DNA of 64,000 nucleotides from NCBI GenBank assembly GCA_004431415.1, contig QPMI01000395.1, forward strand, positions 682,001 through 746,000. Reading direction: 5' to 3'. Of the stretch, positions 10,159 through 20,809 are shown piece after piece. This DNA comes from Cyanophora paradoxa CCMP329. Lineage: Eukaryota > Plantae > Glaucophyta. A program made the translations under genes and the position numbers. The notes under the pieces are model-generated. The model was not told the DNA's origin and ran no database searches. It saw nothing but the letters and a program-made list of their open reading frames with translations. Positions within the stretch are counted from its first letter, which is position 1. The number at the start of each line of letters is the position of its first letter.

Positions 10159-13100
10159 ATGGCCGTCTTCAGCACCCTCATCCCTCCCGCAACGAAGCTG
10201 CGAGCGGCTTCAGCGCGGCTTCAGCAAGCGGCGATGTCGCGCACGTTCGCGGTTCAAAGCGAAGGCGCCTCCCAGCTCAGCGAGAGCTATGCCGCGCTCG
10301 GGACCTGCGCGAAGCACACGGAGGAAGTCCTGAGCGATCTCCTGAAGACTCTCGGTCCGCTTCTTTTCACTCGCAGTTGGCCACGCGATGGCGCTGACCT
10401 TCCGCATGTCTGCCAGAGGAGGCGCTGTTCAAGGTCGTCTTCGTGGGCCGCATCAAGACGGGAAAGAGCACGATCATCAACTACTTCATCGGGCGCCGCC
10501 TGCAGCCGTCGTGCGCCCTCGTTTCGTTCGTCGCCTTTCAGCGGACCTGATCTCGCCCTGGCAGGTCCGTTGAGCCGCAGACGGCGTTTCCCGTGGCGTT
10601 CGTGCACGCTGCGGTGCTACGTCTGCTGGCACTGGACGGGGCGCCATCCTCCGCCACCTTCGAACAGGTCCAGCAGCTGCTCCGCTCGGCGAACGCGGAC
10701 GCCCGCGGCGGGAACGCGCGCGCCGCGTACGCGGAGAGGCGCGTGACGGTGGAGGTCCCGCTGGAGGCGATGCGGGGCCTGCCCGACCTCGGCGGCCGCC
10801 TCGCGCTCATCGACGCGGCCGGCTTCGGCGAGAGCGGCGCCCAGCTGCTGGCGCGGGCGTCGGAGTGGGCGCTGGAGCGGGCGAACTTCGTGATCCACGT
10901 GGCGGACTACACGAAGATGAACGAGGCGGAGGACATCGCCATCCTTCAGGAGCTCCTCCGCAAGCGCCCGTGCCTCTTCCGCCGCGGCGCCGTCCTCGTT
11001 CTCCTGAACAAGGTCCGCGCCGCGCTCTAGAGCCGCCCAAAGTCGAGTTGAACACTCTGCCCCCGCGCAGGCGGACGAGCACAAGACGGACGAGCGGAGC
11101 GTGACGCCCGAGGCCGCGCCGGAGTGGTACCGCGCCCGGCTGCGGGAGGCCGGGGTGCGCTCCTTTGCCGAGGCCGCTAGCTCCGTTCGCCGACGGGCTC
11201 GCGGCAGGTGGAGCTGCCTGCGGGGAGCGTGATCGCCGTGCGGGGGCTGGACGGCCTACGCGCCCGGCTCTACCTGCAGGGCGCGGCCAGCGACGAGGAG
11301 AAGGCCGAGCTCTTCAAGGCAAGGTGGGGCAGAGGATGGCGCGAGAAGACCGACGAACAGCTTCTGGCCGAGGCGCGGGCCGTCCTCGAGCGGGTGCTCC
11401 GATCCGCCCGCCGGCGCCGCCCGTCTCTGACGATGCGCAGAGCGGGATGCCGGCGGCGGAGGGGCGGGTGCGGGCGCTGTACGAGCAGCACGGGCCGCAG
11501 CTGGCGGCCGCGGCAACCGAGGAGCTCCGCGACCGCTTCGCCGCCCTCCAGACCGTGCGCCGTCCGCGCCCACTGCCGCCTCCGCACCGGCAGCGCCCGA
11601 CGCTTTGCGGGCACAGGCGGCCGGGCAGACCGCCGCGGCGCTCGAGAGCGCTAAGGGCGAAGCTGACAGGCGCTTCGCGGCATCAGAGGAGATCCTCCGG
11701 GAGGCAGCCGGCGCGGAGGACGGTGAGCAAAGCAGCCTCTGGCCAAGCGCGGCATCTTCGCTAACCGCCGCGCGCAGCTGCGAAAAGCGGCGCGCGGGTG
11801 CTGGACCTCGAGGCGGCTCCGCTCTTGGCCGCGCTCTGGCGGGAGGAGGGCCCGGCGCTGGCCCGGCTCGAGGCGGCGGCGGCGGCCGCGCTGGCGGTGC
11901 TCTCGGGCTCGGAGGCGGCGCGGGCGGCGGCGCGGCGGGCCCTCGCCGACCCCGCTCTGGTCGCCCGCCTCGACGCGGCGGCCGCCGAGGCGGACGGGCT
12001 CTGCGGGGGCGAGGCGGAGACGCGCGAGGCGGCGGAGCGGCGGCGGGAGGCGCTCTGGGCGGCGGGGCGCGCGTACCTGGCCGCCGAGCTGGAGGCGGCG
12101 GCGGGCCGCGTGGCCGCCGGCCTCGAGGCCCGCCTCGCCGCCCGCTCCGCCGCCCTCGCCGGGCCGCTCGCGGCGCTCGCCGGGCGCGTCGGCGCCCCCG
12201 CGCCCGCGCTCGCCGCCGCCCTCGCGGAGCTCACGGCGGCCGGGTCGGCGTACCGCGCGGCGGCGCGGGCGGGGGCGGAGGCGGCGGGGCGGCTGCTGCC
12301 GGCGGCGGCGCCGGGCGGCGGCATCGTGGAGCGGGTGTGGGAGGAGGCGCGGGCGGTGGAGGACGTGCGGATGGTGCCGCGCGAGTACGAGACGACGGAG
12401 ACGGTCGTCGAGGCGGTGGAGCGCACCCGCACCGTCGAGAAGATCGGCGCGCCCCGCCGCTCGTCGGAATCCTCCCAGGTTTTGCGGCGCTGACGCCTGG
12501 CGCGCAGATCCCTTTGCTGCCAAGAAGATGGTCACCCGCACACGATACGTTCCCGTTCGCTCGAGCGGGGGCGGCGGCGGCGTTGGTGGCGCTGTCGGCG
12601 CTGTCGGCGCGGCTGGCGTCGCTGGAGCTGTCGGGGCGGCGGCCGCTGCCTTAACGAATCCTGTGACTGGCATCGTCGTGGGCGTCGCGAGCCTCGGCAA
12701 GCTCGTGGCTGGTGAACGGGAGAAGGGCTACGATCTCCGCGCGGTGGAGTACCAGGAGGAGGTCGACTGCGTCGAGTACCGGCCCGTCCAGAAGGAGGCG
12801 AGCGTACCCCGTTCCGTCTCCTCCCCCCGCGCCTTCTAAATCTTCCCCAGGAGAAGTACGTCGAGCACGTGCCGAAGGAGAAGACCGTGACAAAGGCGCG
12901 GCCCTGTACCCCTCCCCGGCGCGCGTACCCCTCTCACGGGTACGGCAGGTGCGGGAGGAGCCGGAGCGCTACGAGCGGGTCGTGCACGAGCGCAAGGCGG
13001 CCTACAGCGTTGACCGCGCCGGCCTCGCGCGCGCCGCCGAGGCCCTCGCGGCCTCCGCCCGCTCCGCTGCCCTCCGCGCCCTCGAGGAGGCCGCCGCCGC

Positions 13101-13290
13101 GCCCGCCGTCGTCCGCGCGGCGCACGCGGCGGCGGCGGCGGCGGCGGCGCCGGGGCTCGGGGCCCTCGCGGCGGCGGCGCGGGCGCGGGCGGAGGCGGAC
13201 GGGGCGGCGAGCGGCGCGGCGGCGCGGGACGCGGCGGCTCTGGAGGCGGCCCGCGCGGAGCTCGCTGCCGTCGCCGCCGCCGCCTTTTAA
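10159..13290 (+). CDS. Bacterial-dynamin-like GTPase, type B, copy B1 (multi-exon)
   Basis: G1 FKVVFVGRIKTGKST, G2 region VEPQTAFPV, G3 LIDAAG, DYTKMNEAE, G4 LLNK|AD, SGMPAAEGRVRALY. Helical trunk. Hairpin insert with Gly/Ala-rich hydrophobic tip GGAVGAVGAAGVAGAVGAAAAALTNPVTGIVVGVASLGKLVAG. Stop TAA 13288-13290 followed by an AT-rich 3' region. Confidence 0.8.
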
Positions 13291-13925
13291 GGTGGCAGTC
13301 TATGCAGCTGTCTCCGGTTCAGTCACCGCCTCTGCCGCTCTTGAAGGTGGCAGTTTAGAGGCACGTAATGTACAGGACAAGCGTTTTCATTTTAATAAGA
13401 TTTTGTGCGAAGGATGTGTGTTTCAACTGAGATGTACCGTAGTGGTCATGTTGTTTTCAACTGGGATTTGATGCGACTCCCGCGACGTCGACCCCGATCG
13501 GACCCGCGGCGCCGCGGCGCGCGAGTGAATTCGAAACAATTGCAAGTGCTTGATCGCCTTCGAATTCCGTCCGCGCGCTAGCCGGCGCCCATTCAGTGAT
13601 TTAATTTCACCGTGAGACTCTGAGAAGCTACAAGACTCGACTCTGAGACAAGAAAAACTTGAAAGGCAGGACAAGCTTAAGCTTCAATTTGGAGACATGC
13701 GCATGCGCAAGGGAAAGGGGAGCTCGAGGCTGATGGTAAGGCCCCCAGGCCCCCCCGCCCTACGAGTCCGGTCCGTGTCCGTGTCCTTGTTTTCATGATC
13801 AATAATATCGATTCCCAGCTGCAAATCTACAACCAGCTGCTAAACAGAAGGCGGCTCGAATGCTAATCTATTACCAGCTGCTAAACAGATGGCGGCTCTA
13901 CTTCTAAAGGGGCCAACCGCGCGCC

Positions 13926-16900
13926 CTACGAATCCGTGTCTGCGGCGCCGAGGGCCGCTCGGGCGGCTTCGAGCTCCTCGAGCACGCGGCGGGCCTCCGC
14001 CTCGTCCGCCCGCGCCGCAGCGAGGGCCGCCCGCGCCCCCGCCGCCCGCTCCTTTGCCGCCTTGTTGAGGGCCTCCAGCGCAGGGCGCGCCGCCTCCGCC
14101 AGCGCCCGCTGCGCAGCCTTGACGACCGCCGGGGACGAGACAGCCGCGGCGGCCGCCCGCACGACGGCCGCGGCCGCCTCGTCGGCGGGGCGGCCGGCCC
14201 CGAAGCCGGCGGCGGCGAGGGCGGCGCGGTCGACGGAGTAGGCGACGCGCTGCTTCTCGACGGGCACGTCCTTCACCGTCGGCAACTCCTTCACCTGCCG
14301 AAGAGGCGGGCGTCGAGGGCGATTCCGCTGGATGGAATGGTGTGCCGCGCACCTTCGTTACCGTTCGCTGCTTCTGAACCGGCTCCACGTACGGCTCCTG
14401 CGGCCGGGAATCGAACTTAAGTTGGGGGGGCGGGGAGGATGCGAGCCGGGGTACAGGGCGCACTGTGAACTCCTTTTCGACGTTCCGCACGCGCGTCTCC
14501 TTGCGGATCTCCGTCTGCGCGGGGGGTCGGGCGGGCCTCTCCGCTGCACTGCGAGGGGACACACCTCAGTGTATGGGACGTGGACAGTGTACTTGTCAAT
14601 CTGAATGCCGAGGAACCGCTTCTTGCGCGTCTCCGCTCGGAGCTTCGTAACCTGCACCGGCACATCCACTTCATACTGCTCCGGCTCTGCGCGCGCAGGG
14701 CTCGCAAAGACGCGTTAGACAGGGGCAGGGACCAGCGCGCACCCAGCTTCTTCACGACGCGGGTGCGCGGCTCGTTCTCGACGTACGACTCCTGCTCCTC
14801 ATACGTGGTAGGCTCGAGCACGGTCCTCTGCTCGGTGACTGTCTCTGTCCACTCGCGCTTCGCCGGCGGCGGGACCTCGCCCAACTGCACCGGCGGCGGC
14901 GACCCCGCCGCCGCCTCCAGCGCCGCAAGGACGAGGCCGAGGCCCAGAGCGGAAAGAGCGGGTGCCGGCACGCCGATGGCGGCGGCGTCGTCGGCGAAGC
15001 GCCCGTGAAGGCGCTCCGCGGCCGGCCCGGCCAACGCCTCGGCCACCTTGGTGCCGGCCACGCCGGGGACGAGCCGCAGCTCGGCGGCGAGGTACCGCTC
15101 GACCGCTGCCCTCAGCACCGCCGCCCGCGCCGCCGCCTCCGCCTCCGTCCCTTCCCCGCCGCATCCCCCGTCCGCCTCGAGGGCCGCGGCGTCGAAGCGG
15201 GCGACGGCCTCGGGCCAGTCGAGTCTATTCCGTGCCGCCGCCCGCGCCGCCGCGTCGCCGCTCGCCAGCGCCGCGCCCGCCGCCAGGACGGCTTCCACGC
15301 GATGTGACAGGGCCGCTTCGAAGGGCCCCGCCTCGAGCAGCTCCGGCAGCTCCAGCCCCGCGCTCACGTCTGCGCACCGCCGGTCACGCGCCGTCACCGC
15401 TACCGGCAGGTACGGGGGGAACGCCGTAGCGCGGGGGAGGCCGCACCGCGCTCGAGGCTCTCGGCGCACGCGAGCGCCGCCGCCGCCGCCTCGTCGGCCG
15501 CCGCGCCCTCCGCAGCTGCCTCCGAGGCTCCCGCAAGCTCCGCCTCGGCGGGCTGCGCATCGATCAGCGTGCGCGACGACGCCCACGTGGGGAACGGGGC
15601 ACCCTCGAGATGGCCGCGAGGCCGGCGCGGATCTCGTCGGCGGCGGAGGCCGCGAGCTGCCGTCTCGTGTCGACATAGAGGGCGCGCAGGCGCTCCTCCA
15701 CCGCCGCCAGTCCGCTCTGCGCCGAGTCAGCGGCAAAGAGCGGAGGATGACAGGGGGCTCGCACTTCGTTAAGAACAGCCACCGCCTCAGCCTGCAGGGC
15801 CTCGTCGGTCTGGGTCCGCCAGTCCTCGCCAAATGCATCTTTGAAGAGCTCGGCCTTCTCGGCGTCCGCGGCGCGGCCGAGCTTGTTCAGCCGCGCCCGC
15901 AGCGCCCCCCGCGCGCTTAAGGGCAGGATGCACTCCGGCGGGATTTCCACCTGTGCAACCCTCAGAGACAAATGCGCCTTGGATAGAGACGGCGCATGCG
16001 CACCCCGGCGTGGCACAGCTGGGCGCTCACCCACGCCGGCGCGTCGGCGGGCGTCACGCTGCGCTGTTCGTCGGAGCTGTACGCGTCCACCTGCGGCGCT
16101 CGGTGTTGAGAGAGCTGCAGCGGGCTGGCAGGCGAGGCACGACGGACCTTGTTGAGGAGGACCAGGACGCGGGGCCAGGCCTCGCCGGGGCGGGTCTCGA
16201 AGAGGTGCGGGCGCTGCTGCTTCAGCTGCGCGAGCGCCGCCGTCCCCTCCGCCTCGTTCATCTTCGTGTACTCCATCACGACGATCACGTAGTTCGCGAT
16301 GCGGAGGATGCGGTCCGACGCAGCGCTCAGGTACTCGGCCCCGAACTCGCCCTTGCCCGCCACGTCGAAGAACGAGAAGCGCGTCTCGTTCGCCGGCAGA
16401 CCCTCGAGAAGCTCCAGCGGGGCCTCGACCATCAGGCGCCCTGCGCGCGGGATCGCAAGATCGCTCGAGGATGGAGAGCACAGGGCGGACCGTCGTAGAG
16501 AACGAGGGTGTCGGGATTTGCGCGGGCCGCGTCGTTGATCGCCTCGAGACGCGCGCGGATAGCTTCTGGCCCCTCCACCAGCTCCTCGGGTTGGTCGCTC
16601 GCTCCCGCGATGCGGAGAAGCGGCGTTGTGCGGCCCGGCGCATGGAAGACCTCGACCGGCACCGCCGTCTCAGGCTGCACAGCGCTGCGGGGGGGAATGA
16701 GATAATGTGAGCATGCCGTCTGATCGGAAAGAGAGCTCGTACGCGGGCTGTAGGCGATAACCGAGGAAGGCGTTGATGGTCGTGGACTTGCCGGCCTTGA
16801 AGCGGCCCACGACGGCTACAACGAAGCGCGACTCATCTAGAGAGCGCTTGGTGCTATTGAAGACCAGAACATATTCGCTGGCGGCCTCCGCGAGGGCCGA

Positions 16901-17038
16901 TGCGAGCTGGGCGGCGTCGGGCGTGCGCCGGCGACCCGCACGCCCGGCTGCCTGCGCTGCGGACGTGGATGCATTGATCGCAGCGACGACCGCCTGGCAG
17001 ACGCGGAGGGGGAATTCGAACACCCCGTGAAGCTGCAT
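13926..17038 (-). CDS. Bacterial-dynamin-like GTPase, type A, copy A2
   Basis: FVVAVVGRFKAGKST, FFDVAG, LLNK|VD, PLSARGALRAR. Tip ETRKKRFLGIQIDKYTVHVPYTE. Ends ..AADTDS*. An alternative start lies at 17099. Confidence 0.8.
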
Positions 17039-17359
17039 TCGAGGACGAATTCGCTGGAGCAGAACGCTGGAGCAGCGGGAAGGCTAGCGCGACTGACATA
17101 GGCGCGATCGGGCTACATCTTCTGGAGGTCTCTTGACCGCTTTGAATTCAACTGACCTGGTCGAGAGACGCACAGTCAAGCAACGGTTGGGGTACCTGTT
17201 AAGATCAAATCACAGGTCAAGCGACCCAAGTCACTCGTCGAAGCGCAGGCGAGATGGAGCGGTACTCGCAGAGAGGCCGAGACCTCACTCGCTTTCGGTC
17301 AGCCACCCAGCGAAGCCAGCCAGGCCGCGCTCGTCACCGCAAGCGACGCAGCGATATAG
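17039..17359. promoter_or_regulatory. Bidirectional promoter region between A2 and B2
   Basis: Largely identical to the A1/B1 spacer (offset 7201 bp). Conserved motif at ~17189-17226. Confidence 0.6.
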
Positions 17360-20300
17360 ATGGCCGTCTTCAGCACCCTCATCCCTCCCGCAACGAAGCT
17401 GCGAGCGGCTTCAGCGCGGCTTCAGCAAGCGGCGATGTCGCGCACGTTCGCGGTTCAAAGCGAAGGCGCCTCCCAGCTCAGCGAGAGCTATGCCGCGCTC
17501 GGGACCTGCGCGAAGCACACGGAGGAAGTCCTGAGCGATCTCCTGAAGACTCTCGGTCCGCTTCTTTTCACTCGCAGTTGGCCACGCGATGGCGCTGACC
17601 TTCCGCATGTCTGCCAGAGGAGGCGCTGTTCAAGGTTGTCTTCGTGGGCCGCATGAAGACGGGAAAGAGCACGATCATCAACTACTTCATCGGGCGCCGC
17701 CTGCAGCCGTCGTGCGCCCTCGTTTCGTTTGCCGGCTTTCCACGGACCTGATCTCGCCCTGGCAGGTCCGTTGAGCCGCAGACGGCGTTTCCCGTGGCGT
17801 TCGTGCACGCTGCGGTGCTCCGTCTGCTGGGGCTGGACGGGGCGCCATCTTCCGTCTCCTTCGATCAGGTCCAGCAGCTGCTCCGCTCGGCGAACGCGGC
17901 CGCCCGCGGCGGGAACGCGCGCGCCGCGTATGCGGAGAGGCGCGTGACGGTGGAGGTCCCGCTGGAGGCGATGCGGGGCCTGCCCGACCTCGGCGGCCGC
18001 CTCGCGCTCATCGACGCGGCCGGCTTCGGCGAGAGCGGCGCCCATCTGCTGGCGCGGGCGTCGGAGTGGGCGCTGGAGCGGGCAAACTTCGTGATCCACG
18101 TGGCGGACTACACGAAGATGAACGAGGCGGAGGACATCGCCATCCTGCAGGAGCTCCTCCGCAAGCGCCCGTGCCTCTTCCGCCGCGGCGCCGTCCTCGT
18201 CCTCCTAAACAAGGCCCGTGCCGCGTTGTAGGGCTGCAGACAGCGTCGCTAACGGATCGGTCCCCGCGCAGGCGGACGAGCACAAGACGGACGAGCGGAG
18301 CGTGACGCCGGAGGCCGCGCCGGAGTGGTACCGCGCCCGGCTGCGGGAGGCCGGGGTGCGCTCCTTGTTCGGGGGCCGCTAGCTCTGTCCGCCGACGGGT
18401 TCGCGGCAGGTGGAGCTGGCGGCAGGGAGCGTGATCGCCGTGCGGGGGCTGGACGGACTACGCGCGCGGCTCTACCTGCAGGGCGCGGCCAGCGACGAGG
18501 AGAAGGCCGAGCTCTTCAAGGACGCCTTCGGCCGGGGCTGGCAGGGACAGACGGAAGAGAACCTGCTGGTCGAGGCTCAGGCCGTCCTCGAGAAGGTGCT
18601 CCGATCCGCCCGCCCGCCAGCGCCGCCCGTCTCTGACGCGGCGAAGAGCGGGATGCCGGCGGCGGAGGGGCGGGTGCGGGCGCTGTACGAGCAGCACGGG
18701 CCGCAGCTGGCGGCCGCGGCGACAGAGGAGCTCCGCGACCGACTCGCCGCCCTCCAGATCGTGCGCGCCCGCGCCCACTGCCGCCTCCGCGCCTGCTGCG
18801 CCTGACGCTTTGCGGGCACAGGCGGCCGGGCAGACTGCCGCGGCGCTCGAGAGCGCTAAGGGCGAAGCCGACAGGCGCTTCGCGGCATCAGAGGAGATCC
18901 TCCGGGAGGCAGCAGGCGCGGAGGACGGTGAGCAAAGCAGCCTCTGGCCAAGCGCGGCATCTTCGCTAACCGCCGCGCGCAGCTGCGAAAAGCGGCGCGC
19001 GGGTGCTGGACCTCGAGGCGGCGGCGCTGCTGGCCGCGCTCTGGCGCGAGGAGGGCCCGGCGCTGGCCCGGGTCGAGGCGGCGGCGGCGGCCACGCTGGC
19101 GGTGCTCTCGGGCTCGGAGGCGGCGCGGGCGGCGGCGCGGCGGGCCCTCGCCGACCCCGCTCTGGTCGCCCGCCTCGACGCGGCGGCCGCCGAGGCGGAC
19201 GGGCTCTGCGGGGGCGAGGCGGAGACGCGCGAGGCGGCGGAGCGGCGGCGGGAGGCGCTCTGGGCGGCGGGGCGCGCGTACCTGGCCGCCGAGCTGGAGG
19301 CGGCGGCGGGCCGCGTGGCCGCTGGCCTTGAAGCGCGCCTCGCCGCCCGCTCCGCCGCCCTCGTCGGGTCGCTCGCGGCGCTCGCCGGGCGTGTCGGCGC
19401 CCCCGCGCCCGCGCTCGCCGCCGCCCTCGCGGAGCTCACGGCGGCCGGGTCGGCGTACCGCGCGGCGGCGCGGGCGGGGGCGGAGGCGGCGGGGCGGCTG
19501 CTGCCGGCGGCGGCGCCGGGCGGCGGCATCGTGGAGCGGGCGTGGGAGGAGGCGCGGGGGGTGGAGGACGTGCGGATGGTGCCGCGCGAGTACGAGACGA
19601 CGGAGACGGTCGTCGAGGCGGTGGAGCGCACCCGCACCGTCGAGAAGATCGGTGCGCCCCGCCGGCTGCACGCGGCCGCGCGGCGTTGACGCCCGGCCCG
19701 CAGAGCCCTTCGCGGCGACGAAGATGGTTACCCGCACGCGGCAGGTGCCTGTCCCCGTCGGCGGCGGCGGCGGCGGCGGCGGCGACGGGGACGGCGCTGC
19801 GGGCGCGGCTGCCGCGCTGGGGAATGCGGCGGCCACAGCAGCGGATCCTGTGGTCGGCGGCGTCCTGGCGGGCGCAGGCGCGATCGTCGGCCTCCTGGGA
19901 GGCGGGCGGCGCCAGCAGGGGTACGAGCTTCGCACCGAGGAGTACCAGGAGGAGGTCGAGTCCGTCGAGTATCGGCCTGTCCAGAAAGAGGCGAGCGTAC
20001 CCCCTTCCATCTCCTCCCCCCTGCGCCTTCTGAACCTCCCCCAGGAGAAGTACGTCGAGCGCGTGCCGAAGCAGAAGACCGTGAAAAAGGCGCGGCCCCG
20101 CACCCCTCCCCAGCGCGCGTACCCCTCTCACGGGTACGGCAGGTGCGGGAGGAGCCGGAGCGCTACGAGCGGGTCGTGCACGACCGCAAGGCGGCCTACA
20201 GTGTCGACCGCGCCGGCCTCGCGCGCGCCGCCGAGGCCCTCGCGGCCTCCGCCCGCTCCGCCGCCCTCCGCGCCCTCGAGGAGGCCGCCGCCGCGCCCGC

Positions 20301-20517
20301 CGTCGTCCGCGCGGCGCATGCGGCGGCGGCGGCGGCGGCGGCGCCGGGGCTGGAAGCCCTCGCGGCGGCGGCGCGGGCGCGGGCGGAGGCGGACGGGGCG
20401 GCGAGCGGCGCGGCGGCGCGGGACGCGGCGGCTCTGGAGGCGGCCCGCGCGGAGCTCGCCGCCGCCGCCGGCGCCCTCGAGGGCGCCGCCGGCCGCCCCG
20501 CCGCCGCCGCCCTCTAA
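17360..20517 (+). CDS. Bacterial-dynamin-like GTPase, type B, copy B2
   Basis: VGRMKTGKST, LIDAAG, LLNK|AD. Tip GGGGDGDGAAGAAAALGNAAATAADPVVGGVLAGAGAIVGLLGGGRR. Stop TAA at 20515-20517. Confidence 0.8.
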
Positions 20518-20809
20518 AGCGAAAGGTGCAATTATAAAGCACAGCCTGATGATCATCAATTTTTGAAATTGCGCAACACTCATCAAACGCGATCGATATC
20601 ATGACATCTACACTGACAGTATACGATCTATGATCATCAAAATTATGCAATTGCTCCAAAAGCTTAGAAAAGCGCGACAGCCTAGACTAGTCGTACATAG
20701 CTGTGGAAAATGAACTGTACACATTGAATTTCTATACATAATGCGAACAAAACTGTAACTGCAACTGCGTGAAACCGGAGAGAAGAGAGAGTCGCGTAAC
20801 TGCGACTCT

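Larger units (their letters stand above)
5500..20517. repeat. Tandem segmental duplication of the A/B gene pair (unit ~7.2 kb)
   Basis: ORFs 9932-10333 and 17133-17534 translate identically, and A1/B1 and A2/B2 are colinear. Confidence 0.85.

Noticed and set aside
14200-14880. Calling the charged insert an articulin/alveolin gene
   Set aside because: The resemblance is compositional only, and the segment is in frame within the GTPase genes. Homology cannot be shown without a profile search.
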